NCBI RefSeq assembly: GCF_000196355.1
Contig: NC_007614.1
Span: 1,650,001 to 1,682,000, forward strand
Length of the DNA stretch: 32,000 nucleotides
Origin: Nitrosospira multiformis ATCC 25196
Lineage (GTDB): Bacteria; Pseudomonadota; Gammaproteobacteria; Burkholderiales; Nitrosomonadaceae
Direction of reading: 5' to 3'
A program made the position numbers and the translations under genes. Of the stretch, positions 17,783 to 26,016 are shown piece by piece (position 1 is the first letter of the stretch; every line of letters starts with the position of its first letter). Below the pieces are notes generated by a model. It saw only the letters and a list, made by a program, of their open reading frames with translations, was not told the DNA's origin and searched no databases.

Positions 17783-17814
17783 AAAAAAAAACCGCCAATG
17801 TTTCCAGAGGCGGT
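17783..17814 (-). terminator. Intrinsic terminator
   Basis: ACCGCC (17791-17796) / GGCGGT (17809-17814), U8 on minus; just past the 17844 stop. Confidence 0.8.
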
Positions 17815-17843
17815 GGCTCTTGATTGATTGTTTGGTTCGATCT

Positions 17844-19415
17844 CTATCTATATCTCAATGTATAACGCGGAGTGTTCGTTACGTCTTCCACTGCCCCAAT
17901 ATTGGGAGTGTTATAAAACTGTTTTCCGTAATAATCCTTGCCTCCAAGATAAGCTCCAGCCCGTTTTACTTTTGAAGAGTGGGGGCGATAATTGGGATCG
18001 AGGCCCGGGTTTACATTGAGACTGGAAGCATTTAAAGCTTGGGTTCCTGATTTGAAGCCAAAAAATACGTTGTTTGATTCTCGGTTCCAAGCTCCCGAGT
18101 CATACCGAATATCAAACGCCCCAAGATCTTTGGCTGTGAATATGTTGTTTTTGCAAAAATTGGAATCAGCGGGAAAGGTTGTTGGATTCCCGTATATCGC
18201 CGCTAGGTCACAATTTATGAATGTGTTATTGAAGATGTTGCTCACCCGCCCAGGAGTCTGGTTTCCGTAAAAAACTCCCATGTGACAATTCTTTATGACA
18301 TTCCCGTAGCAAGTGATGTTGGTAGCCTCATAGATGATTCCAATTCCGGCTCCGGCTGTGAAATTAGCGGGGCCCACCAAGTTTTCAAGGTAGTTACCAT
18401 AGGCGAGACATCCGTCTGCTCCGTGGTCAAACAGAAGACCACAGCCATCGTAGATAACTGAAGAGATGTTCTTCGCAGAGTTGTGCCTTATGATATAGCT
18501 TCCATACATAATATTGGCAAACCCGGTTGTACCCTGCAGGCCGTCCGCTATATTATTTTCGATTACATTCTGACCAAAGTCTGAGGTATCTGTTTGAATG
18601 AATCCCCCCACGACAATCCCCCCGCCAAGATCGCCTACTCTAGTTTGATTATTTATCTTATTCCCATAAATCTTCACACCCTTGTTACGACCAGTTTTGG
18701 GGACATACGCCTTGATCGCAGCGCCGCCGCAATTGGTAAATGTGTTTCTATGGATGTCGAGATCGTATATATGAACATTGGACGGATTTAATTCTGTTCC
18801 TAATGCGTTTGTGCTGGCGAGAAGCACAATCACTCCCTGCTGGGCCGAACATCCAGTGAAGGTATTGTTCGTAATTTTAAGGTTCTCGATATATGTATTA
18901 ATCCCACTTTGCGGCCACCAGCTAATTGCCGCTCCGGCACCTCCGCCAACTCCGCCATTGAACGTGTTGCCATCTATTGTGGTATTGATCCAGCTCCAAG
19001 TGTTTATCGAGAAAAATTCGATGCACGGGAAGGACGAACCGTAGAAGGTACAGTTTTTAATTACAAGACCGGTCTGGGGAGTTCCACTAGGCACAATGCA
19101 TCTGTTTTGAGATGTAATTGTCAGTGCCTCAACGGTTATTGAAGAACGATTTACATTGAAATAGATATTGTTGCCCCTAAAAGAAAGCGATCCAGACTCA
19201 GATGAGTGGTTCCCCCTGATAGTGACGCCAGTAACATTGCCTAGCGCAATAACTGAAGTATATGTGTGCGCTCCACAGATGTATAAAGTGTCTCCGGTAT
19301 TTACTCCTGAAGTGCCCCAAACAATCTCGGACCAGCCTCCCCAGGCAAAATCATAAGACTGCCCGTTGCGCGTTCCGCTGTGTGATGTGTCAGGACGAAT
19401 GAACCACTCCGCCAT
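17844..19415 (-). CDS. Right-handed parallel beta-helix protein, tailspike/adsorption-like
   Basis: 523 aa; repeated IxNNTFxG, VTIRGNHSSESG, IYGNKINNQT, VIENNIADGL, IIRHNSAKNI, YGNYLENLV, CYGNVIKNC coils typical of pectate-lyase-like beta helices. Confidence 0.8.
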   Translation of the reverse strand: MAEWFIRPDTSHSGTRNGQSYDFAWGGWSEIVWGTSGVNTGDTLYICGAHTYTSVIALGNVTGVTIRGNHSSESGSLSFRGNNIYFNVNRSSITVEALTITSQNRCIVPSGTPQTGLVIKNCTFYGSSFPCIEFFSINTWSWINTTIDGNTFNGGVGGGAGAAISWWPQSGINTYIENLKITNNTFTGCSAQQGVIVLLASTNALGTELNPSNVHIYDLDIHRNTFTNCGGAAIKAYVPKTGRNKGVKIYGNKINNQTRVGDLGGGIVVGGFIQTDTSDFGQNVIENNIADGLQGTTGFANIMYGSYIIRHNSAKNISSVIYDGCGLLFDHGADGCLAYGNYLENLVGPANFTAGAGIGIIYEATNITCYGNVIKNCHMGVFYGNQTPGRVSNIFNNTFINCDLAAIYGNPTTFPADSNFCKNNIFTAKDLGAFDIRYDSGAWNRESNNVFFGFKSGTQALNASSLNVNPGLDPNYRPHSSKVKRAGAYLGGKDYYGKQFYNTPNIGAVEDVTNTPRYTLRYR

Positions 19416-19991
19416 TTAATCCCCCACGAAATGCAGCACTCGATAGTATTCGAGTTTAAGCGCATCGCCATTGCTTGCTCTCTGTCCGGTAATATCGAAC
19501 GTGACACTGTTTGCAAAGTTAATAGTGTAAGTTGCTGGAGTATCCGATCCTGCCGTTACGTACGCATTGTCGTAAGGTTGTATTTGCGCCGTCAGGGAAT
19601 TACGATTTGCCAGAACGATGAGCGGCGCTTCTTTGACAGACATCGTGCGGGTGGCACCGTAAACTGTCACACCGTCAACCCTGACTTTCAGAATCTTGTT
19701 GTTCGCGCTACTGCTGAATGTCCACACCGGCTCGATCTGGAGGATGCTGTTGACGCCGATGATTCCCCCATGAACGGTAAACGACCCCAAAACCTCATCC
19801 GTCGCCGTCAAGGCGCATGAGGCAGCCACAGCCGAACTCGCCAGTACCTCTACCGGCTTAGTAACTGCCGGATAATCTTCGGCATCACCTTGAGCGATCA
19901 AAATCGCCTCAGTCACATCATCAAACCTGGAAATTGCGCCCTTACCGTATCTGTATCCCGCCACAGTTTCATCATTCAGAAACCGAATCAT
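19416..19991 (-). CDS. Phage protein (191 aa) sharing the MIRFL N-terminal module with the 292-aa proteins
   Basis: MIRFLNDETVAGYRYGKGAISRFDDVTEAILIAQGDAEDY versus MIRFLGNTTLSGYLYGKGTVASFDKSVEDILITLESAEAY. Confidence 0.65.
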   Translation of the reverse strand: MIRFLNDETVAGYRYGKGAISRFDDVTEAILIAQGDAEDYPAVTKPVEVLASSAVAASCALTATDEVLGSFTVHGGIIGVNSILQIEPVWTFSSSANNKILKVRVDGVTVYGATRTMSVKEAPLIVLANRNSLTAQIQPYDNAYVTAGSDTPATYTINFANSVTFDITGQRASNGDALKLEYYRVLHFVGD

Positions 19992-20004
19992 CTTGTTACT
20001 CCTT

Positions 20005-21999
20005 TTATGCGGATAATGCGTTACCTATCTGACAATCAGCAATCTTCTCCGCCTCCAGACGGAATTTAGCATCATCCATATCCTCTTTATGCGCCTGCGC
20101 ACGCGCTTTCAAGTCAAGTCCGCATGCCTTAAGCTGCAGCTCAGCCTCCCCCAATCTCTGCTGCAACTCCCCAATCCGCCCTTGCGCCTCCTGTATCATC
20201 TGCTGCACTTGCTGCTGCAAAGCCTGAAACGGGGAATTATCGTCAATGCCTGCCACTTGCCTTAATTGATGGGCCAACTCATGCCGGTTCGGGACATTGG
20301 ACAGCTCGAGCATTACCGGATAAAGTACGGCCTGAAACCGAGGGGGCGCGGCTTGTACGATTTGCGACATAGCTTGCAACTGCTGCGCGCGAAATGTCGG
20401 AGTAGCAGGAATATCCTCAAGCACGACTTTGACCATTGCAGAAGCAATGTCGTTGTGTACCAACCCGTCATCCAACTGGCGATTGAAATAAACCACCTTT
20501 GGTTTATTACCTTGCTGGACTGTAATTTGCGCGGGTCTTCCAATCAGGTCCTCCTTGATCAGCGCAAGAAGTTGCTGGCCAACAAGTCGGCGAGCATGTC
20601 GAAAATTATCATTGGGCTCCGCCAACACGGTCGACCCCTGTTCCACGAGACTGTTGATCGCCACACCGCTGCTTGCTGAGGTATGCGCTCCCAGCATAGT
20701 GCGGTAGATTCCGCCCACTTCCTCGATCCTGCGCTTGCGTTCCTGCACGAGCTGAAACACTTGAGCGGCAAGCTGGTGCTCGCGTATTACCCTGAAGCCA
20801 CTGGTATTCCTTCGCTGAGAGTTGAGGATGGTCATCGAGCGCAGACTGCTTATATTATTCGCCACCTCCTGATAGGAATTCTGGCTGAGATCAAGCGCAT
20901 CATTGTCCACTTCGACTTTTACCGAATTGAGGACTTCATAGAGAAGAATATCCAGATCGATAATCTGATCCTGCGGTCCCCGCATGTCACGAATCAATCC
21001 GTAGGGAGCTCGACTCCTATCCTTGCGAAAGCACCAGAATGGAACATATGGAAAATCTGAATGGGGTAATGGACTCGGAACATCCATGAGTTTATGCGGC
21101 CCCAACCAGATCGAGACCCGCATCCTGGTGAGAACCGATTTCTGGACCTGCACGAGACCTTGGGCAACCGCTGCCTGATGGTATGGGTTATCCTCGCGGT
21201 ATTCGATTATCTTTCCATCGGTCAATACCAGGACGTATGCATCCTCGAAATGCCGATACCACAACTCGGAGAGCCTGACCATACCCGAGTTCCGGTTCAG
21301 GTAATCTTCCTGGGTGCGATTCCATGCCTGCTCGATTTCATATGCTCGCGCCAAGCCGTTATCATAACCTTCATACACGTCAGTCCCATTCCACCCCTTC
21401 CAGCTATTTGCAATGATTTCCGCCCGGTCGGGGAACATGAGGGCGGCCTGAAGCCGGTCTATCCACTTATCGCGTCGCAAATATCGCGCATCGGACAAAT
21501 CCGGCTCCCTTGAACTCCAGTCCCAATAAATTTCGTTGCGGTGCACCTCCCGGACACGATATGGATATTTGAGCGCATCAAATTCCCGGGATATTTCTAC
21601 CCAACCAATGCCCGCCCGAATCATGCTGGAATACGCGTCTGACATGGCCCGGTCAGCGCGTGACTCGGTTTCGGCCTCCTTGATTTTTGCGGAAAGACCT
21701 TCCGCAATTTCTGCCTGACTCTCATCATCCGCCGTCACCCTGTAATCCGTTCGGCTACGCGCTTCCAATCCCAATACCGCGTTGATCGTCGGTTTGATCA
21801 GATTGGAATCCTGGGGCGGGATACCGGCCATCTTCAGTCGTCCGATCACCTCCGAGCTGGTCTGTGCGCCGTCGTAATAATCACAGTCCGTGTCCGAGTC
21901 CGACCGCCACTTCGGTTGATCCCGAATATCGCGGCATATTTTGTCGTAAGCCTCAATCGAAATATCTGCCGTAACACCTGCCTCAGTCATGCCCGCCAA
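20005..21999 (-). CDS. Phage portal protein, P22-like
   Basis: 664 aa; SNLIKPTINAVLGLEARSRTDYRVTADDES...DMRGPQDQIIDLDILLYEVLNS...; between terminase and capsid genes. Confidence 0.85.
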   Translation of the reverse strand: MAGMTEAGVTADISIEAYDKICRDIRDQPKWRSDSDTDCDYYDGAQTSSEVIGRLKMAGIPPQDSNLIKPTINAVLGLEARSRTDYRVTADDESQAEIAEGLSAKIKEAETESRADRAMSDAYSSMIRAGIGWVEISREFDALKYPYRVREVHRNEIYWDWSSREPDLSDARYLRRDKWIDRLQAALMFPDRAEIIANSWKGWNGTDVYEGYDNGLARAYEIEQAWNRTQEDYLNRNSGMVRLSELWYRHFEDAYVLVLTDGKIIEYREDNPYHQAAVAQGLVQVQKSVLTRMRVSIWLGPHKLMDVPSPLPHSDFPYVPFWCFRKDRSRAPYGLIRDMRGPQDQIIDLDILLYEVLNSVKVEVDNDALDLSQNSYQEVANNISSLRSMTILNSQRRNTSGFRVIREHQLAAQVFQLVQERKRRIEEVGGIYRTMLGAHTSASSGVAINSLVEQGSTVLAEPNDNFRHARRLVGQQLLALIKEDLIGRPAQITVQQGNKPKVVYFNRQLDDGLVHNDIASAMVKVVLEDIPATPTFRAQQLQAMSQIVQAAPPRFQAVLYPVMLELSNVPNRHELAHQLRQVAGIDDNSPFQALQQQVQQMIQEAQGRIGELQQRLGEAELQLKACGLDLKARAQAHKEDMDDAKFRLEAEKIADCQIGNALSA

Positions 22000-23240
22000 C
22001 CTTTCATATTAATACCTCGCGCACTCGCCGCCGGTTTATCCTCCTCGATTGCCATGGCAAAATAGCGAAAGGCATCGGCTGCATGGCTGTGATAATCATG
22101 TAAGGGCCTTGCGCTGAATTGACCGGAATCACGATCGACATCAAATCGATAATGTCTCAGGCTCTGCAGGCCTTCTGCACAATTCTGTTCATCAAAATAG
22201 CAACGTGGAAAGATGGTTCTCGCCGCGTTGATACCATCATGAATGGAGAGATTTGGCACGATTCTTACCTTTCTTCCCGCCGCAAGCATAATTTCCTCCA
22301 CGCTGCGCCCGGTTGCCAACGTTCGCGCTCTGGCATCGTGCGGCAACCAGTCTGTACCATACATATACCCTTTGTTTTGCAGCACTCCGATATAATGCTG
22401 AATTGGCATCTGGCTATTACTGTAGTAATCGATCAATCTGAGTTCGTTGCCAACAGTCTGCGCAAACCAGATGCTGGTGTTGTCTGCCCAACCAAGATCG
22501 AAGAAGGTGTGGACCGGCTTTGCCTCATCATATGGCACGCTTCGTATCCTTCCTTCTTCCTGCGCCAATCGAAGCTCCTTCGCATATACCGCTCCCTCCA
22601 GGGTTACCCTACAATTCCCTTCCCATACATTCTGGTAAGCATCCGGATCACGCGCTTTCAGTCCATCCTTCTCCCGTCGCAGTATCTCCGGAAACCACGG
22701 GTTGTCATTCCAATTGATTTTTACGACGACAGCGCCCGCAGGGGGATTGACTACAAATCGCTGATGAGTCTCGTCAGTATTGAGTTCAGGATTGTAGGTC
22801 ACCCAGATTTCCGACCCCTCTTTACGAATGGTCGGAATAAGCGTATCCCAACTTGTCTTGCTCACTGTCTGGGCTTCTTCCACCCAGACTCTATCCACAC
22901 CTTCAAACGACTTGATCCTGGTTACGTTGCTATGCAGACCGGCAAAGATGAACTCGGAACCGTTTATTCCCCGTATAACGTTATTGTGCACCTCGTAAAA
23001 TGAATTTAAGCCGATGGCTTCTATCTGTGCTTTCAATAAATGATGCACGGATTCGACGATAGAATTCTGAAACTCTCGTACGCATAAAATACGCAATGGA
23101 GTTGCAGCCGCCTGAATCAACAATGCCCTGGCAACACCCCAGCTTTTTGCACCCCCCCTTCCCCCGTATAAGATTTTGTAACGTGCCGGCTCAAACAGAA
23201 ACCTGAGCTTTATCGGAAATTCAGCTCTATGGGAAGTCAT
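21987..23240 (-). CDS. Terminase large subunit, PBSX-type
   Basis: YKILYGGRGGAKSWGVARALLIQA (Walker A), VDRVWVEEAQTVS (Walker B), GGRGSGKS-like and nuclease-domain residues HTFFDLGWAD. Confidence 0.93.
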   Translation of the reverse strand: MTSHRAEFPIKLRFLFEPARYKILYGGRGGAKSWGVARALLIQAAATPLRILCVREFQNSIVESVHHLLKAQIEAIGLNSFYEVHNNVIRGINGSEFIFAGLHSNVTRIKSFEGVDRVWVEEAQTVSKTSWDTLIPTIRKEGSEIWVTYNPELNTDETHQRFVVNPPAGAVVVKINWNDNPWFPEILRREKDGLKARDPDAYQNVWEGNCRVTLEGAVYAKELRLAQEEGRIRSVPYDEAKPVHTFFDLGWADNTSIWFAQTVGNELRLIDYYSNSQMPIQHYIGVLQNKGYMYGTDWLPHDARARTLATGRSVEEIMLAAGRKVRIVPNLSIHDGINAARTIFPRCYFDEQNCAEGLQSLRHYRFDVDRDSGQFSARPLHDYHSHAADAFRYFAMAIEEDKPAASARGINMKGWRA

Positions 23241-23257
23241 AGCACTTGAGCCGCCAT

Positions 23258-23830
23258 TTACGATGATACATTTGGCTCATTGCCTCTATCTTCCGGAGCG
23301 ACAAAAGCTATCGCGATGTTATGCGCGGCTTTCCTGGCATCGGCGCCTTCGTTGGTAACAGGTAATTTGTCGCCATATTTCCTTGGTGCAAGTCTTGCGG
23401 CATACCATTTGCGGGCATCGATGCGCAATTGAGCACGCGCAATAACTTCCCGGTTTATGACCTCCCGTCCCTTTTCATCCACATACGTATCTCTCGATCC
23501 CTCGTCTGAAATTTCGATGATTTCCTCCGCATAGGCATCCACGCAAAGCTCCTTGGCGCGTTGATATTGGCGCATGAGTTCTTCATCACTCGCCAGCCAA
23601 TTCCATAAAACCCTCTGGCTGATACCGACCTCCACGCACATCGCACGAGCCGATTTTCCAAGTGAAATGCCAGCGAAGATCGCGTCAAGTGCTTCACGCC
23701 TCTTTATGGCTCGACTGCTCTTTTTCGGACTCGCAGGCTCTACGCTTACTGCACCTTTTTCTGCTTCCTCGCTGGATACTTCACCCACAAATTTACAAGT
23801 GCCCGGCTTTATCAGCGCTTCCCTTTCCAT
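23258..23830 (-). CDS. Terminase small subunit-like protein
   Basis: ALDAIFAGISLGKSARAMCVEVGISQRVLWNWLASDEELMRQYQRAKELCVDAYAEEIIEISDE...RAQLRIDARKWYAARLAPRKYGDK. Confidence 0.9.
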   Translation of the reverse strand: MEREALIKPGTCKFVGEVSSEEAEKGAVSVEPASPKKSSRAIKRREALDAIFAGISLGKSARAMCVEVGISQRVLWNWLASDEELMRQYQRAKELCVDAYAEEIIEISDEGSRDTYVDEKGREVINREVIARAQLRIDARKWYAARLAPRKYGDKLPVTNEGADARKAAHNIAIAFVAPEDRGNEPNVSS

Positions 23831-23836
23831 TTCCTC

Positions 23837-24196
23837 TTACATGCTCCTCATACCCTTCTTGCATCCTCTCAACGCGGCAAGTAGTTTGACTTCACACGCC
23901 GATCTTTCTTCTATTTCCGCACGCAGCGCTCTATTGATCGTCAGGGGGTCGTCCTTGATTGACACGCGATCAACCGCGTACGCTGATTTGCACTCGGGCG
24001 GACTGTCAACGAGACAAGGAACAGCAACAGGTTTCTCGATCACCTGAGTCTGAATCACTGGCTTCCCCGCGCAACCGGTTAATAGAGTCGCAAAAACCAG
24101 CGCCAGGTTGGTTGGCAGGCGACGATTGAATCGAAAGGAGCTCCTACGGGAATACGCGAGGTTAAATCTAATCGGTCTGATGGCGGCTCTGCACAT
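23837..24196 (-). CDS. Outer-membrane spanin (Rz1-like) lipoprotein
   Basis: LPTNLALVFATLLTGCAGKPVIQTQVIEKPVAVPCLVDSPPECKSAYAVDRVSIK; lipobox LLTGC; overlaps the 3' end of the Rz-like gene. The start is probably internal. Confidence 0.7.
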   Translation of the reverse strand: MCRAAIRPIRFNLAYSRRSSFRFNRRLPTNLALVFATLLTGCAGKPVIQTQVIEKPVAVPCLVDSPPECKSAYAVDRVSIKDDPLTINRALRAEIEERSACEVKLLAALRGCKKGMRSM

Positions 24197-24602
24197 ACTC
24201 TATCTGCTCTCTCGTGATTGCCTCATATTGATGTTCAGCTGCTACTGCTGGAAGGGCACGGGTTTTCTTTGCGCTACTCGTATGCTTTGCCGCAACAGCC
24301 GACGCATGACGCATTGCCTCAGTTGCATTCTTCTCTCTCTCAGCCGCTACTTCTGTCAGCGTAGTCATTGCTGTCCTCACCGATCGGATATCCAATGCGC
24401 ACTTTTCGCTGGCCGCCGACAATATCGCATTCTGCGAATTCAAGCGCTGCAGCTGAGATGCAGATCGCCAGTCACTGACAAGGTATCCGCCGGTAAAAGC
24501 AAGTGCTGCAAAAATGGCAGTCAGGATTACCGTAATCCTCGGTCTGATTGCCTCAATTACTGGTTGGATGGCGTTAATCACGGGTTTGAGTGACGGAATC
24601 AT
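24168..24602 (-). CDS. Inner-membrane spanin (Rz-like)
   Basis: MIPSLKPVINAIQPVIEAIRPRITVILTAIFAALAFTGGYLVSDWRSASQLQRLNSQN...; N-terminal TM, coiled coil. The track's start at 24734 would translate through a terminator, so the ATG at 24602 is preferred. Confidence 0.65.
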   Translation of the reverse strand: MIPSLKPVINAIQPVIEAIRPRITVILTAIFAALAFTGGYLVSDWRSASQLQRLNSQNAILSAASEKCALDIRSVRTAMTTLTEVAAEREKNATEAMRHASAVAAKHTSSAKKTRALPAVAAEHQYEAITREQIEYVQSRHQTD

Positions 24603-24654
24603 TTTCTGGTAAACATTTGTATTATTGCCTCGAAAAATCCGCGAGAAGCGGACA

Positions 24655-24679
24655 TAAAAAAACCCGCTCCAGGCGGGTT
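24655..24679 (-). terminator. Intrinsic terminator just upstream of the late genes
   Basis: AACCCGC (24661-24667) / GCGGGTT (24673-24679), U7 on minus. Confidence 0.85.
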
Positions 24680-25091
24680 GACTGTTACTGCAAAGACCTG
24701 ATACGGGTTTAGGGTTAACTGAACGTGTAAACAACTGATCCTGGATTGTCCTCCTTTGTCTCTCATTCGCTCTGGTCCGAGTTTGTAAGGATCGAGGTGA
24801 TGAACGAGACGCAGGGGTGTTTATTGAAGCACCGAGCCTATCGCACTGCTTCAGCTTCGTCTTCTGACATCAATAATGAAGCTGTAAGGCCAATACCCAG
24901 GCACGACATACCGGTCATACCGGTTCAATTATTTCCTGACCCCCTAGCCAAGGCACAGTTTCTTGCAAACATTTTTATCTTCTGCCAAAGTTTTATTACC
25001 CCTGCTACTAGAAGTAAAAAACGGCTTACTTGCCAATTTTTCTTATTTGATGCTATGCATGGGAATGTTAGACTTCGACAGATCAGATAAT

Positions 25092-25115
25092 AAAAAGCCC
25101 GCTTAAAAAGCGGGC
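25092..25115 (-). terminator. Intrinsic terminator
   Basis: GCCCGCTT (25097-25104) / AAGCGGGC (25108-25115), U5 on minus. Confidence 0.85.
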
Positions 25116-25117
25116 AA

Positions 25118-25139
25118 TAAAAAACCCGCACGAGGCGGG
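25118..25139 (-). terminator. Intrinsic terminator
   Basis: CCCGC-acgag-GCGGG (25125-25139), U6 on minus. Confidence 0.8.
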
Positions 25140-25202
25140 CGATGTACAAGCGCTATAACGAGTTTTTAGTTTTGTGATCGTGCACGACAATCCACAATAT
25201 GG
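25118..25202 (-). ncRNA. Candidate ~85-nt terminated transcript (6S-like late leader RNA or sRNA)
   Basis: Defined by the promoter at 25209-25236 and the terminator at 25118-25139; contains small dyads atcca-tattg-tggat and tcgtgcacga. No experimental support. Confidence 0.4.
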
Positions 25203-25208
25203 ATGTGT

Positions 25209-25236
25209 ATTATACACCGTTACAGGGCATTGTCAA
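25209..25236 (-). promoter_or_regulatory. Consensus sigma70 promoter, candidate late promoter
   Basis: Minus strand TTGACA (25236-25231), 16-nt spacer, TATAAT (25214-25209). The -10 lies inside a near-perfect dyad gtgtattatacac (25205-25217). Confidence 0.75.
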
Positions 25237-25311
25237 GCTATTTGTTGCTACCAACTTGGTCTTAAGAGAAAGGAAAGGGATTTTTCCCTGAATTATCCAA
25301 CCACGGCAAAA

Positions 25312-25341
25312 TTGGTTTTTTCCCCCCACCAGTGCTATAAA
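25312..25341 (+). promoter_or_regulatory. Possible promoter for the 25414 gene
   Basis: ttggtt (25312-25317), 18-nt spacer, tgc-TATAAA (25336-25341). Confidence 0.35.
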
Positions 25342-25413
25342 TTAGAGGCCGTTGAGCCCATTAAACACCCCCTCTCTCCTGCAGGCTTTATCCCTACTTT
25401 TAAACGGAATTCT

Positions 25414-26016
25414 GTGATAAAAAAATTCGTAATGCTTCTTATATTTGGTCTGCCGTATTCAAACGCTACAGCACAAGAGGTGGGATCGAGGGAAATGGGC
25501 GTGCCAGAAGGCATTGTTCCGGTAGCCGGATCCACAGCGGAAGGGGCATCAAGTATCCTTGGCACCTCTTTTTACCCGCCCCTTTATTCTCCAGCCCTCA
25601 TAAATTCGCCGGGAGTATCCGCACACGCTCCCGGCACCCAGCTCGACGCGTATTCGCTTGGCCGCCCGGTCATTGTGCTGCCCATACAGCCTTATATTGG
25701 TACGGTATCCGGCTTTCAATATCCCGGCAGTTACATGCCGCACGGGACGCCTCTTCACAGATTCAATGGCTATATCGTTTGTAACCCCCCAAACCTTAAC
25801 AGAGATGCAGAAGCAGGGGCAGTGGCAGGAGCCGGTGGCCGACAAATAATCAAGATCACCTCAACGCGATCCCCCTCGATACCGGGGTATTCAGGACCAT
25901 GCCCTATCTACACGATAAACGGTGAGCTTCCACCGCAGAAAAGTCATAGCACGATTCGTCCTCGTGGAACGCCATCTACTCAACAACAAGGAAGGCACCA
26001 TAACAGCACTCAATGA
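25414..26016 (+). CDS. Hypothetical secreted protein (Pro/Gly-rich)
   Basis: In-frame GTG at 25414 gives the signal-peptide-like N-terminus VIKKFVMLLIFGLPYSNATAQEVGSREMGVPEG...; the ORF track extends it upstream to 25174. Confidence 0.5.
   Translation: MIKKFVMLLIFGLPYSNATAQEVGSREMGVPEGIVPVAGSTAEGASSILGTSFYPPLYSPALINSPGVSAHAPGTQLDAYSLGRPVIVLPIQPYIGTVSGFQYPGSYMPHGTPLHRFNGYIVCNPPNLNRDAEAGAVAGAGGRQIIKITSTRSPSIPGYSGPCPIYTINGELPPQKSHSTIRPRGTPSTQQQGRHHNSTQ

Noticed and set aside
21094-21513. Plus-strand ORFs of 125-294 aa opposite portal and terminase genes (also 20266-20679, 20683-21060, 22119-23003)
   Set aside because: All are antisense to confidently identified portal/terminase genes; low-complexity Leu/Ser/Arg-rich shadow translations.
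24603-24734. N-terminal extension of the Rz-like ORF to 24734
   Set aside because: It would start at TTG and be translated through a perfect terminator hairpin and its U-tract; the ATG at 24602 gives a normal N-terminal TM protein.
24746-25090. Possible plus-strand gene (internal start MNETQGCLL..., SD-like aaggatcgaggtg)
   Set aside because: Has an SD-like sequence but no recognisable domain and ends in the terminator cluster; kept only as a weak candidate in the transition zone.
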